Shown: positions 1 through 12,952, numbered from the whole stretch's first letter. The stretch is 63,062 nucleotides of DNA, filler included, from Asterionella formosa (GCA_002256025.1; 5 parts of 5 records of this genome joined end to end with filler, not necessarily neighbours in it); one strand, 5' to 3'. Numbers and translations: made by a program. Notes: generated by a model not told the origin, from the sequence alone.

Positions 1-1593
1 ACAATTTGCTACCAAAATCCTTGCATATAAATAATGATACAAATGGGTTATGACTTAGTACACCAATTGAATGGTCTAAATAATTAGTTCCAACGGACGT
101 AGAAAATATTGATGCAAACATATTTCAAAAAAACAGTACCGGTACACAAATTCGTGGAAAACAATGGACATATCGTGCATTGAATATTTTCGAATTATCT
201 TTATCGGAATATAAATCAACTCAACAATACTAGCTACCAGACATTCCATATTGAGAGTGCCTTTGATTTTTATAAATGTATGACACTTGATATATTTATA
301 TAATTACAAATTTTATAACTATATACATGGCAAATATATTTGAAATCGTTCTGTCATGTTAACAAAGAATGCCTGCTTCATGAAAAGAAATATCGGAGTA
401 AAGCACATGACAAGAAAGGAAAAGTTTACGCAATAACGAAAAACATTGTGGCTTCGACACATTGCGCCTTCGAAGGATGGAGTATGTTTAAGGTAATGAA
501 GCCATCAATGTGGTACTTGGATGAAAATCGTTGGGAGACAGGACAACAACAAATTGTAATCTAAACGTACTTTTCCTTTTTTCTCAGTTGAATCAACAGC
601 TCGTTTCGCTTGTTGGGGAGCACCAATGTAAAACAAAACAAAATTGGTAAGTGCTCTTGTCATTGGACGTATTCACTTATGATGGAACATAACTGACGGA
701 CACGCCATTCTACCTTCTCTCAAAGTCAAGCTAACGAAAATGAATCGGTGAGTTTTATTCGGCAACATTGGAAAGCAACCTGAAACTTACTTATTCAAGA
801 ATTTACTGACAATTTACTATTACAGACTTATGCATCACTTGCTTTGATTTGGCTGTGGTAAGTGAAGCAAGCAAGAGGATACGATGGAATGGCGTGATGT
901 TGTGTCAGTGTAACATGTCTAGCTAACAAGTCGTTCCTTCTCATTGTTGCTGTAACTGCATAGGACAATAAAACCAATCAAACAACGGAATAGTCGGCGA
1001 GTTCAGAATGACACCAACAGCAGGGAGAGAGAGGCAACATTAGTAAGGCATTGCTTGGCACAAGATTCAGAAAATAGGAAGAAAAGGGCGAGACAGGAAC
1101 AATATACATTGAGCCGAGTAGAGAGAGAAACGTTGGGTTGCTGGCATGTAGAATAATAGATAGCATTGCTAAATTTGATAGTTAAATTACGATCCATTTC
1201 AATCTATTTTGAACAATGCTTGTGATTAGAATTATGATGATGTTTACGATAGATTTACGATGAAAAAATTTCAATGATAGCATAGAGTTGAGCTGAGTTT
1301 AGGATGCGTTATAGTAATAATTTACATCGGGCAATCACGAGAATTGAAAATAATATGAGAAAGTTTATGATGATGATGAGTAATGTTGTTGATCAGTTGA
1401 TTTACATTGTGTGATGATAATGTTCTTATTATCATTGTATTTTAAGGTCGGTAAAATATTAATAAATCATTATAGTTATAGGATACCTTGATCATAATTT
1501 TGATCCAAAAATTATCATATATACGAAAATCCTGTGCCACTTAGCGTACGATACCCTTGATCCCATATGCATGATACTTTTTATTTGGAGACG
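1..1593. mobile_element. Right part of a degenerate TIR DNA transposon (CGTCTG-terminus family) inserted into the copia 3' LTR
   Basis: 1478-1593 closely matches 61005-61119 and ends ...TTTTTATTTGGAGACG (other copies end ...TTTTTATTTACAGACG). 935-960 resembles 59410-59440. Copia LTR homology stops at this terminus. Confidence 0.6.
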
Positions 1594-1664
1594 TACTGTT
1601 CTCTCCAGTGTCTACTATACCCTTCACTCCTGTCCTGTGGCAGTCAGCTCGCATTTTTCCAACA
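1592..1664 (-). repeat. Truncated 3' LTR (73 bp)
   Basis: Matches 6597-6669 with 2 mismatches. Begins TGTTGG on the minus strand right after the purine-rich AAGGAGCG (PPT-like). Confidence 0.9.
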
Positions 1665-4600
1665 CGCTCCTTGGCTGTTGCCAGGGATCTGGCAGTCAGG
1701 GTATCGACGTGTGCAGCTCCTAGAAGCACGTCCTGGAATGTTCTGAACAGGTTTCCTTGCAGTGGTTTCGCAAAGAAATCCGCCAATATTTCCAGCGTCA
1801 GACAATGGGGAATGGTGATTCCTTCATCTACCGATCGATCCTTAATCCAGAAATTGCGGATGTTGATATGCCCAGACTTTGGCCCTGCCGAAATTCGTCC
1901 GTTCTTCTCGAGTTTAATTGCGCTCTCGTTGTCTTTTTCGAAGAAACTTTCTTGGATTTTGTATGCCTGTGCTTCAAGAGACATTTTTACCCACAGCGTG
2001 TTTGGGAGATAATCTCTGGCACCCACAAATTCAGCATCCGTCTAGCTCTTTGTGTTCAATTTCTGCTTGGTCGACTTGCATACAATGCCTCCAGTTCCAA
2101 AACTCATCACGCCACCAGTGTGACTCTTCATGTCAGGGTGCACGGCAAAAGCCGCATCCACCCACGACCTCATCTTTCACATGTCATCGGCTCCAATGGT
2201 GTATTCTGCGTCCATACTTCCGTTGATGTATTCCAACACCCTCCGTAGCTTTCTCTGATCTTGTTTGATGCTTTTTGATACCCTGGTGCATAGGAAACTG
2301 ACCGCCTTGACGCACCCATATTTCGCTTTCACTAGCCTGACGTATGACACTTTGTTTCCTTTCTCATTGGACACAAAATTTGTGTGTTCTGGATTCATGT
2401 TGCATAATATATCGACTGATTCACCAGTGAATTTCATAACAACAAAATCATCCATATCTGCTTTCAAATACACACCCGCCACATCTGCTGTGGCGGCATC
2501 TCTTCCTTCATGTGCATCAATCATGATGGACAACATGAGTGCATCAGTGGATACTGTTGGAGATGCCGTCTGCAACTTGTCATAAAGTGATTGCTGCGGT
2601 CTCCAATCGGCCACTGTATGCCCCTTGAGGCGCCCGTCTCTCTTCTCTTTGATGAGATTGATGGCTTGGAGCGCTCCCGTCCACTGTTCCCTGGTAAGGG
2701 AGAACGCGCTTACGGGTTCATACACATCCAGCTCCTCTATTTGTGCAAATTCTTTCATCAGGGCGGCCTCCGCCGCTTTCCTGTGTTTCTTTATTCCGAC
2801 CTTCGCGGTCATCTGGTTCATTACATACCCAAAAATATGTTTATTTGTGTCATCGTCTGCATTTCATGGCATCGTTGTTTGGAGTCCGCGTTGGACGAAC
2901 TGTCTTGGTGGAAAGTATGACTTGTTGCTATGCGGTGCATTAATTGCCTGCTTGAACTGTTCACTTGTGGCTGCCCGTTCTCGAAGATTACATGGTCTGT
3001 GTTCTTCCGCCAGCGCTCCTTGGTCTGCCACCTCGCGGGCGTTGTCAAAACCCGCTTCTTGATTGGCTTCTTCAATGAGCGCTGCTTCTTCCATAGGCGC
3101 TTCTTGGTTTTCGTCGATAGGCGCCCCTTGTTCCAAGTGCGCTCCTTGGTCTTCGTCGTGTTCTTGTTGTATGTAGTCATCGTAGACAAGCGCGACGTCA
3201 TCAATATCGATCGTGGTTGGGTCTCCTGGGCCCGGCTTGGCTGGATTTGGCTCGACTAGCGGTGCATCGTCCAAAGCAGTAGGGTGTGGTCCATCATGGT
3301 GGAGCAGATTGGCAACTTCGTGATCATCGATGGCATCAAAATCCGCGGGGTTAAAATCGTCAATAGGTTGGCGTGCGGCAGGCTCATAGTCCCGGTCATA
3401 TTCGTCGTTGTCAATGTGGTGATCGGCGCGCCATTCTACAACTAGGCCTCTGGCCTGGATGGGGGGCTTCCCCTTGTGTGCTGCGAGGGCCTTCACGCGG
3501 GCGATGGCGGTGTCCGTCATGGGCAACTCCGTCCAATTATGTCGGGAAATCTTATTGCCGGTTGCAAGGCAGACACATGAAATAATAGTCACCTTGGGCA
3601 TTGCCAGTGGGGTTAAGGGCTATTGTCCCAAGGGAACGCGCTTGAAGGGTGTTGGATGGGTCGTTGTCTTCAAAAACTTGGACGTAGGCCCCAAACTCAA
3701 TGCGCATTTGGTTGTATTATGGGTTGGCAGCGCCCATGACAATGCATGCAGGGCTCATGGTGTCTGAGATGCCGTTTGCCCATGGGAACTGGTTTAGACA
3801 TCGAACGGCATCAATCACCATGTGGTTGATGATCACCCGTGGAAGACGCTTGAAAGGTAGGCCGTGTGCGCATGAGCGTAGTCGCTCCTTGATGGTTCGG
3901 ATGGACCATTCCACTTCACCAACATGACTGTCGGCAGGCACAATGTTTAATGCAATAGGTCGCAAGTCCTCACAAAAGCACTCGAGTTCACTGTCAGCGT
4001 GCACATCACGTACCTGTAAACCGCGTAGGTGGTAGAGGCGGACCGCACTCCAAATCTTGCGTAGAATGGTAGCCTTGGTCCGGTCGGGAACCAGGTCCTC
4101 AGTTCGGAAACCAACGCCGCATGAGATGGTATGATGAAAATATGGTAGACCCTGCACAAAGAAGAAATCGGCGCACAACGTTATGTTGTGGTTATGCTCC
4201 AGGATTGGGGCAGGAATCGGTTCAGCCACAAACGTTGGCGCTCTTGGGGTGGCGTGCGACCGTAGTTTTACCTCTTATGACAGCGATGTCTGGACCATAA
4301 ATAATGAGGGCGCGCTTGGCGTCGTCTGGCGTCACTAGGCAATTTCTAATCAAGTTGTTCCGTAGGATGGATTGGAATTCCGCCTTGGCAGGCCGCCCAA
4401 TCTTTCTACACAAATCTCTGGCTGCATTGGCTGATTGAATTTCATGTCATGAGAATAGTTTCTTCTGTTCTGCTACTGTGGATACCATGGTATAACCTGT
4501 AACAATGTCGTTAGTATCGTTGATACAACTAAATACATATAGACCTGAGGGGTGCTCAAAAAATTTCATCACAGTTCCATCAAGTCTATGGACAAGCATC

Positions 4601-5913
4601 GCTGGCTCGTCCGCGGAGTCCATGGTGACGCAGCATACCTTGCGCACCTCAGCAAGGGAGAGGATGTTGGCAATCGATTCACGATTGTACCAAACCTTAC
4701 CCAAGTTCGGAAAATCTCCTACCATGTTGGAGTCCTGGTAACCCCCGTTTGTGAGCGCCCTGAGTAGTCCATGAGAGCTATGCCAGATGTTGCTGAGCAT
4801 CTCGGCGTTCTTGAACACGGAGATTGTCGACTGCGAGTCGAGAAGGATCCACTTAGGATCAATCCCAGGGTCGCCGGCCTGTGCAAGCATGTATGCATAC
4901 TGCGTCAATGTAGTGCCTGAGGTTGTCGATCCCTGCCTGTCAGGGCAGTCTCCCGTGTAGTGTCCTAGACTTTGGCAGTTGTAACAGATGATGCCATTGT
5001 GTACTACTCCATTGTTGCCTGCGATTTCGCCTTGTTGTGCAAACGTCATTGCACCGGCCTCAGGGCTTCCAGTCGGCTGGGTGCGTGGTGAATCTGTCCT
5101 GACATTGGTGTTCGTTGGAGTTCTGTAGTTGACAAGCAGGCTTTGGGCTGACAGCAAATCGGTGGGGTACTGGTCATTTCTCATTGCATACTGGTTTGAT
5201 AGGTCAGTGATGAGGGTGTCATACATGGTGGGGTCAGCACTTCGAATCAAAGCGATTGCGAGGGTGTGGTCACGCGTGATCTCCTTTCGCTCTTCAATGT
5301 TACGCCCATTCTCGTCCTGATCCTGGAAGTGTACCAGTTTGTAATTTGCTGCCACGGTGCCGTCATGGTACTCGATGGTCTCAGCCCATCCTCGCACACA
5401 CTCGACGTAGTAGTCTTCTGCGGACTGTCCTTGTAACTGACGACAAATGAGGAAACTGGTCTGAGCGTCCAGAAGTGCAATGAAACCGTTCCTGCTCTGA
5501 TCGAACTGTAAAGTAATCGACTTGATCTGTTTCAGAAGCCAAAAACAATCATTGTTGGCAGTCTTGTCCTTGTAGCCATCATACGTTTTGACCTTTGCCT
5601 TCATGTCATCACTACACTGGCCCCAAATCACCGCGTACACTGGTGTTGCTAGGTTGCTCTTCAGGGTATGATTGCGCTTGACATACGTTTTTACTTCTTC
5701 TGCGAAAATGATTTTCATGGTTGGTCCTGCATCATCATCTAGGTCATCTGGCATGTCCACCGTGGGAACCGCCATGGTGTTGGCAAGCAAAGGGGCAAGG
5801 TCTTCAGAGTACTTCTGTGTTTTCCTCACATATCCATCTAGAACTTCTAATGTTTTGGCGCACTGGTGTCTGTCACTTTGTTCTTCATAGCATTCAAATA
5901 CGTTTCCGTTCAT
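1594..5913 (-). pseudogene. gag-pol polyprotein, frameshifted, RT core deleted
   Basis: ORF pieces 4447-5913, 4222-4413, 3717-4229, 2864-3601, 2177-2821 and 1541-2026. RT jumps from YGCVK straight to AVSFLCTRV and lacks the YVDD segment. Confidence 0.9.
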
Positions 5914-6159
5914 GCCCTCCGTGCTGCCCTTGAAAATGCCATGGTTGTTGCTTGTCGCTTGTGTCCTTGCCCGCCTGCCATGGCTCCCGCACAGACGGTT
6001 TTCCCTTCGCCCTCACCCACTGGTGCTGCTGTGTCCACTCGCTAAGCTGCCGGTGGTTGTTGCGTCTGGGGTGGCGCTCATGGGATTCATTGGTCAAATC
6101 TCTTCAAATTGTTCACCGCTTGCCAGGTCTTGGGAGTCACTCTTGCAGCATCATCGGGC

Positions 6160-6669
6160 TGTTGGTTCCTCGATTGGTGGCTGTGGCCTTAAGCTGCGCT
6201 ACTCGAATCTATAAAATGTACAATTCTGCGATTGAAGTGTCAAAACTCCTGCCTTGCATGTGAGTCTCAAAACGGCTGGTTCCTTTTGTTTTAATGTTTT
6301 TATTTTATTTTAATTTTTATCTGGAAACAATGTTGTCTCAACTACTGTAATCAACCATATCGTAGGCCTTGAACCTAGGAGTACTGTGTCAATTGAATAC
6401 AGTTGATGAAATTGATAGCAATGAAGAAGTTGTCAACTCAAACTTTCACTTTACTAACTGAATTGTTTCGAAATAATGGTCTCAAAACACTCTTATTACT
6501 CACATTGCATTTTAACATTTCCTGGCCTCTGATTGCTTTTGCTTGCGTCGTACCTTTTACCACGTCAGCCCAGGTACAGCTTGGTACCGGCTTTACCGTA
6601 CTGTTCTCTCTAGTGTCTACTGTACCCTTCACTCCTGTCCTGTGGCAGTCAGCTCGCATTTTTCCAACA
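6160..6669 (-). repeat. 5' LTR of the copia element (~510 bp)
   Basis: TGTTGG (6160-6165) ... CCAACA (6664-6669) inverted termini; the outer 73 bp are duplicated at 1592-1664. The inner boundary is inferred from the terminal motif only. Confidence 0.75.
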
Positions 6670-6929
6670 ACCGGTACCGGTATATTCGGTGGTCCATGCA
6701 TTTTTGATGTGTCTAAACTTTTTCCCATGAATATTCTACTAATTACGTTGCTCGATGGTCCCCTGCTCAAACCTAAAATTGGACTGCCGAAAAATCCAAT
6801 GTGCCCCATATTGCCCATAAATAAAAACTACTTAAAGATACCAAAAATTACTTAGACACCCTAGTTCTCATCGAGAAAAGCAAGACGATACCGGTAGCTA
6901 GAGTGGGAATTGCTGGACCCAGAGATGGT

Positions 6930-6975
6930 TACAGTACCTGGTACCCTGGTACCAGGTACCAGGGACCAGGTACTT
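6930..6975. repeat. GGTACC/TACCWGGTA palindromic array
   Basis: gtacctggtaccctggtaccaggtaccagggaccaggtac, about 300 bp upstream of the SIL1 ATG. Confidence 0.85.
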
Positions 6976-7269
6976 CGCGGCATGAGAAGAAGCTGACACA
7001 GACAAACAAATAAACAAACCATTGCCCCTCGCGTCTCCTGTGCATCGTCAGTCAGTACGTCCAGCATCGGCCATCATGCAACAAAATTCAGGAGCAGGAG
7101 AACACGAGTCGTAGCAGAACAAAACCACCAAGTGGCAATTCCAGACGTAATGACCATGGTGACAACACAAAGAATAGCGAATAATCGTTCTCAATCATAA
7201 TTAACCATCACATGTCATAAAGCAAGATATCAAAACCATACAAGCATCCAAACAAACACAATCGAGAAA

Positions 7270-8754
7270 ATGACGATGCTGCAGTTTACAACACGAAAAC
7301 AAAGAGCAACTTCAATTCACTTCGTCATCATTTTCATTTGCATCGCGTTTGTACTTTGCTCGTGCTGCTGCGTGTCAGCCAAAGAAATCAAAGTCACAAA
7401 GGACTGGCAAGTTATTCGCGAGAATGAGACTATCCCAGCAGGTGTTCATGTTCGTATGGACATGACAACTGGTGAAAAGTGGGTCAAGCTCGTGGACGAC
7501 AGCGACAGCAACGACAAGCGTGTTACTGTCAACGTACAAACAAATGGAGATCTTGCGATCATGGAGCACCAACAAGATGTACCGACCAAGAAGAAGGAGC
7601 CAGACTTTGACTTTGATATGATGCATAGAACCCTGTCAAAACTACCTCAAGACGAGCAAGAACGAATGGGTGGACTCCCGGAACTGCCAGGATCTGGAAC
7701 TGTTGGCGACAAGGTCAAAACACCGGAATATCACGCCATGTTTGAAAAGCGCATGAAGGAGATTTGGAACCAGCGACAAGCCGAACTGAGAGCTTTCGAA
7801 CAAGAATTTCTGGTAGATTTGCCGGATTTGCTTAAGGAGAGAATTAGGCGACTGCAAGCTTACCTGGACGACCCTCACGCAGATTTGGTATCGATGGATA
7901 TACAGCAGGAACAACAAGCAACAGCTGACGTGGACTCAACAGAAGAAACACATGTCACTGATATTATTTCTGTGCTGCAAGACTTGGAATATCATCTAGC
8001 CGATGTGGACATGACTCGCGACTTTCACACCATGGGAGGTTGGCCTCTCCTGGTTGCCATGGTCGACGCAGACGCTCATTATGAGAATGGAAGCATACCT
8101 ATTGATCTTGTTGCAAATGTTAGGCAAGTGCAATTGAATGCAGCATGGGCCATTGGAACAGCCATTAAGAACACAGGAGAGTTTTATCCTTATGCAATTG
8201 AAGAGGTGCAGGTGCGAGGGGAAACGACGACAGCCTTAAAAGTTCTCTTGAAGCAGTTTCAGGCGGAAGGGAACAACAACCAATTGATGCAACAGAAAGT
8301 TATATACGCAATGAGTGCCTTGCTTCGAGGCAATCGACCGGCACAAGCATATTTTATTCAATTGGACGGACCTGCTGTATTATCTCAAAATCTAATCCGA
8401 TTGGATCCGAAATTGATCAAACGACTGCTTACGTTGGTGGATGATATTGTGGCGGATGTTATGCTCCACAAAAGTGACAATGAATTGATGGACCTGAAAG
8501 TCGCCAACGCATTTTCTCATCCCATATTTTGTCACCTTTGCTTGGACGGTCTCAAAGATGAATATTTGTTGGAAACTGCGATGAAGACACTGACGACAAT
8601 CGCTGGAACCTGCCATTGGGAGAATCGATCTCTTGTTGCAGGCTCTATTGACGAGGCTGAAGAGCGTTGGAAGTCGCTCGTAAGCTCCTCTGATCTTTTG
8701 GACGAGCTCGTTGAAATGGCGCACGAGACGAAGAAAGTGATCATGGAGTTGTAA
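7270..8754 (+). CDS. SIL1: ER Hsp70 (BiP) nucleotide exchange factor, SIL1/Fes1 family
   Basis: N-terminal hydrophobic signal, SIL1 motif TKDWQVIRENETIPAGVHVRMDMTTGEKWVKL, Fes1/ARM core (LQDLEYHLADVDMTRDFHTMGGW..AAWAIGTAIKN), C-terminal xEL (IMEL). Confidence 0.9.
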   Translation: MTMLQFTTRKQRATSIHFVIIFICIAFVLCSCCCVSAKEIKVTKDWQVIRENETIPAGVHVRMDMTTGEKWVKLVDDSDSNDKRVTVNVQTNGDLAIMEHQQDVPTKKKEPDFDFDMMHRTLSKLPQDEQERMGGLPELPGSGTVGDKVKTPEYHAMFEKRMKEIWNQRQAELRAFEQEFLVDLPDLLKERIRRLQAYLDDPHADLVSMDIQQEQQATADVDSTEETHVTDIISVLQDLEYHLADVDMTRDFHTMGGWPLLVAMVDADAHYENGSIPIDLVANVRQVQLNAAWAIGTAIKNTGEFYPYAIEEVQVRGETTTALKVLLKQFQAEGNNNQLMQQKVIYAMSALLRGNRPAQAYFIQLDGPAVLSQNLIRLDPKLIKRLLTLVDDIVADVMLHKSDNELMDLKVANAFSHPIFCHLCLDGLKDEYLLETAMKTLTTIAGTCHWENRSLVAGSIDEAEERWKSLVSSSDLLDELVEMAHETKKVIMEL

Positions 8755-9065
8755 TATGATTGTTAGGTATCTAAGGAACATGCTTTGCAACACATGTTCT
8801 GCCCTTTGTCGATAGCGTCAAGTCGAAGTGAAAACACTATCAAGTTTTTTCAAAAAAATTGCGATCGAATGCTCGTTCTGAATAGCAGAGCCATACACGA
8901 GGACATGAAATTGATTATTTCAATCACCTAAACTCTATTTTACTAGACCTTCCTATAGCTTTAGTTGAATATTGAGTTTCTTATTAGCATCGGCCACAGC
9001 TAAGCCATGATGATATGTATGTGCAATTACTCGCAGCACTACCCGGCTGTCACAGACATCACAGT

Positions 9066-9276
9066 TCCGGTACCAGGTACCTACCGTCAGAGGACGTGGT
9101 GGTACTATCTTATAGAAGACAGTTCTTACTACCGGTACAAGGAAACCAGTCGAATAAATCAATGGGGATGACTACCGGTACATAAATGGTACCAGGTTAG
9201 CAGGTACTCTCTACCAGGTACTATATTGATGTACTAACTAGAAGAGTACCGGTACATCATTGGAAGCACACGTACC
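9066..9276. repeat. GGTACC/TACCGGTA array
   Basis: Many taccaggta/taccggta units upstream of the PPR gene. Confidence 0.75.
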
Positions 9277-9391
9277 GTGCGACAATCGACCACCACTCGT
9301 CACAGGCGACGATGTGAGAATCGTTCTCTCTCTTCCCCCCATGGGAAAAATCGATTTGCATTGGTGTTGTGGAGCAGTATTTTAGTTGATA

Positions 9392-11878
9392 ATGGCGTGG
9401 TTTTCTCCCTTAAAATCCTCCATCAAGTCCAAAGTACTGAAGCATTTACAACCACTGAACAGAAATTGTGATGACCAACCGTTGCTGTTTTCGCTAAGGC
9501 GAATAGTTTCTCATAGCTTCAGACCTTACATCCGACAGAAGCTCCCTTGTTTTCGGCGAAAATCGTCAATCTACGGAAACGGCGGCTCAGAAGCCTCCCC
9601 AATTACCGAAAGTGGGGAAATATGCAACCCTGGCTCGACAATATCAGACTACAGGGAACTGGCGTCAGTAGAAGCAATCGAAGAATCAAACAGTGAAGCA
9701 TTTATTTGCGAGGGTGCTCCTGCTGGTTTCAGCAACAACCAGAGTTTCTCAGTCCTGAACCAACCTCCTTTATTGCTGGAAAGATTTCGCGATACTGCCA
9801 CCCTAGAAAGATACGTGGATGAAATTGAATCTATATCTCCCCTTAGATCGAATCATTTGGAATGGATTTACCATCTAATGGTTGCAACATCCAATCAATC
9901 GTCCACCAATGGAGCCAAGCTGACGGAACGACTGTTGAAAGCATGTTTGGCCGCCGTCGCGGAAGATCGCTCGAAGGAACCGGTTGCGAAAGTTCTGCCA
10001 TACCCGAGCAGAGGAATGTATAGTCTAGCAATCACAGCTTGGACCAAAGCGCGCACAACCCATGCATACGGGGCAAAGCGAGCCACTAAAGTTTTGGAGC
10101 TCATGGCACAGGAATACAAAAGCGAAGTTGACTTTGTCAATCGCTTGGAAAGTAGCACACAAAGGCCTGTTATGACGCATGAACCGCACCTCATTAACTA
10201 CTCCACTGTGATAGATGCCTGGGCCAAGTCGGACACCGACGATGCTCCCATACAAGCTGAGCAACTCCTTGGTGAACTTGAACAACAGAGTGGTGTCGAT
10301 AAGATACTAGCTACTGGAATATTTTTTGAAAAGGATATTCATCATCTGACTCCGGACATTATCTGTTACAACACTGTTATGTCTGCCTGGTCTCGATCCG
10401 ATCATCGGGAAGCAATTGCCAAAACTGAAGAGATCGTGGCCCGTTTGAAGAAGCTTCATGAAATTACTGGAAACGCTACCTACAAACCAAATGTTTATAC
10501 CTATACAATTCTGATCGAGGCCTACTCGAAACCACGTGGGATGGACAAAATAAGCAGGCCCATGGAAGCGGAAAGGGTGCTTAAGGACATGTACGACTTG
10601 TATACGTCCAAAGACAGAGTTGTGGGCGCATCGTCAGTGAGACCGAACATCATTGCGTACAACAACGTTATGCAAGCTTGGGTGAATACATCAAACCCTC
10701 AACGAGCTGAATCAATATTGATGGCTATAATGGGCAAGAATACAGAGATTAAGACTGTACCGATTGTTCCCAAGATTACTCCAACCCTGATATCGTTCAA
10801 TATTGTTATCAACGGCTGGGCTAGAAAAGGTGGTCCTTCTGCTGGAGAACGCGCAGAAAATATTCTAGCACTGATGGACCAAGTTAAAGATGCTTACGGA
10901 ATACCGATGCCAATTGCACCAACGACACAAACATTGAACACGGTCATGAATGCATGGTCTCGGTCAGGCAGTACCGTTGGCGCTGCTCGTGCGGATGGTA
11001 TTTTAACTTCCTTGCTGGAGGAGGGCGGGGCGCTCCAGCCGACATCCATTAGCTTTGTAACAGCAATTCATGCTCATGCCATAAGTGGAACACCGGGTGG
11101 TGCACAACGTGCTGAACAAATTCTTCACATGCAAAAATTGTATTATAACGTTACGCAAAATGAGAGCGTTCGCCCTTCGGAACCCTCCTATGCCAGCGTT
11201 CTACTTGCTTGGAACCTCAGAAGTGCCTATACAGAAAAAATTGATGGACTCTATGGCGCCGAGCATGCTGAAGCATTGCTCGAACGTTATGAACACGAGA
11301 CGGGCAACAAGCCGAGCCTGAAGATGATGCAAGATGCAATTCAAGCCTGGTCTCATCACGACCCTGATGGAATATTGGTTGAAGGGCCTAACAAAGTCGA
11401 TCGAGCTAGATTACTGCTGTCTAGAGTCATGAATGAAATGCCCGCGCAACTAACCAATAACAAAATGTCCTTTTGCATCATGCTCCGCGTTTGCAACAGT
11501 AAAATGTCAGGCGTCAGTCTTCGACGTGAGGCATTTTTCACTGCTATTGAAACCTACAACCGTTTACAGAGGGATACTCGGTTTTCGACCCACGCGCTCA
11601 TCTATGTGGAAATGTTCAAGTTGTTGAAAACTCACTTGCCAGAAAAGCGAGATGCGAGATACATGTCTTTAGCAGAGACTTTATTCGATGACTGTTGCCG
11701 TGATGGTTATTTGAGTCCTTCAGTAATTAAAGCAGCGATTGCATCTAATCATTTACCCGAGCACGTGCATAATTTGTTGTCCGGAGACAAGAAGGACTGG
11801 CCCGAAAACTGGCATCGATTGGTTGGCCCAAGCAGTCCTAGACGGCATGTGCTGGTAGATCCCAGCAAGTATAAATAA
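9392..11878 (+). CDS. Pentatricopeptide repeat (PPR) protein, probably organelle-targeted
   Basis: Repeated PPR-like motifs (PDIICYNTVMSAWSRS, PNVYTYTILIEAYSK, PNIIAYNNVMQAWVN, PTLISFNIVINGWARKG) and a basic N-terminus; first ATG at 9392. Confidence 0.92.
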   Translation: MAWFSPLKSSIKSKVLKHLQPLNRNCDDQPLLFSLRRIVSHSFRPYIRQKLPCFRRKSSIYGNGGSEASPITESGEICNPGSTISDYRELASVEAIEESNSEAFICEGAPAGFSNNQSFSVLNQPPLLLERFRDTATLERYVDEIESISPLRSNHLEWIYHLMVATSNQSSTNGAKLTERLLKACLAAVAEDRSKEPVAKVLPYPSRGMYSLAITAWTKARTTHAYGAKRATKVLELMAQEYKSEVDFVNRLESSTQRPVMTHEPHLINYSTVIDAWAKSDTDDAPIQAEQLLGELEQQSGVDKILATGIFFEKDIHHLTPDIICYNTVMSAWSRSDHREAIAKTEEIVARLKKLHEITGNATYKPNVYTYTILIEAYSKPRGMDKISRPMEAERVLKDMYDLYTSKDRVVGASSVRPNIIAYNNVMQAWVNTSNPQRAESILMAIMGKNTEIKTVPIVPKITPTLISFNIVINGWARKGGPSAGERAENILALMDQVKDAYGIPMPIAPTTQTLNTVMNAWSRSGSTVGAARADGILTSLLEEGGALQPTSISFVTAIHAHAISGTPGGAQRAEQILHMQKLYYNVTQNESVRPSEPSYASVLLAWNLRSAYTEKIDGLYGAEHAEALLERYEHETGNKPSLKMMQDAIQAWSHHDPDGILVEGPNKVDRARLLLSRVMNEMPAQLTNNKMSFCIMLRVCNSKMSGVSLRREAFFTAIETYNRLQRDTRFSTHALIYVEMFKLLKTHLPEKRDARYMSLAETLFDDCCRDGYLSPSVIKAAIASNHLPEHVHNLLSGDKKDWPENWHRLVGPSSPRRHVLVDPSKYK

Positions 11879-12220
11879 ATTATGATAGATTCATTTACCG
11901 AATACCTCGATTTGTCGAGATCACGTCAATGCTCTCACTACGTTGCTCATCATGCAAAGAATAGAATGCACCAAACATCCAGGCCTGTTAACAATAAATG
12001 TTAATGGCATGACCACACACTAATTATTCAGTGTAATGCAGGCCTATTTGAACGGGATATCTGGTGGTATTTGATTCCTTGTCCTGCAATGCTGATTACC
12101 TGGTAGCTGCATGAACTTTTGTCAATGTATGGTAAATGCAACTTGGTAGTCGTAACAGGAGTAGTCCATCAGCTGTAAGTTGCAGCACTTTTGCTGAAAC
12201 TCAAGGTTTGCATGTAATTT

Positions 12221-12303
12221 GGGGAATGGCTTAGTGGTTGGCACACCTTCTGTGGTGGCAGGTTCGGTCCATTTATTTGGGCCCAAGTGTAATTATTTGG
12301 AAG
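12221..12303 (+). mobile_element. tRNA-headed SINE-like copy (internally deleted)
   Basis: A box TGGCTTAGTGG, partial B box GGTTCG, and 3' AAGTGTAATTATTTGG shared with other copies. Confidence 0.6.
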
Positions 12304-12952
12304 CTTTGATGTACTAAAAAATTTAATTGACTTAAGGGTTTACATGTAATAGATATCCAACTCAATAATTAGAAAATTCTTCTTAGCAGCTCAAAAGATA
12401 GTTACCTTTCATTCGTGACAAGCTGTTATTTATAAGCTTGGGCTCAATCTCAGGGATCAAAGTGTCGGAAAAGTAACAAAATTGTTCGTGAAGACAGACA
12501 TTCTACATGGCATGCTTTTTGCATGTGACTAAAAATACTTTTTGCACTTCCTGCCAAATCGTCAATATTTTACTTCTTACATTGCCAAAAAGTTAATGAA
12601 ATTCAACCTTTTCTTTCATTTTGTTACCAGCATTTCAAAATCATTTTATTTGAAAATCAAGTCCTTATATACATATATATGTAGAGATGTATGAGAGTTC
12701 AACAAGGACTGGAGGAACTGATCACCTTCGATGCACTTTTACCAACAAATTTTGCTTCTTCGTGTTCTTCATTCCCAGAACCTACAGATATTTCCCGACT
12801 TGACAGCCATTGAGAAATCAAAGTTTGAAACTTCTAATGGTTTGCACCTGCTGGCCGAAATAAACACGACTGGACAAAATCGATATTTTCAGATAATTCG
12901 AAAAAAACAGGTTGCTTCGGACAAATTGTAATTTTGGGTTAAAGTCCTTAGA

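Larger units (their letters stand above)
1592..6669 (-). mobile_element. Ty1/copia LTR retrotransposon (CoDi-like), degenerate
   Basis: Minus-strand order is gag zinc knuckle CYNCQSLGHYTGDC, protease WILLDSQST, integrase (DFFFVQG..HADSEL..EWSIRTIKE), RT (TASPTVS..DVAGVYL), RNase H (EKDNESAIKLEKNG..HINIRNFWIKD). It is split over several frames and has LTRs at both ends. Confidence 0.95.

Noticed and set aside
6403..6855. ORFs of 150 and 126 aa
   Set aside because: They overlap the 5' LTR; explained by the pol tail embedded in the LTR.
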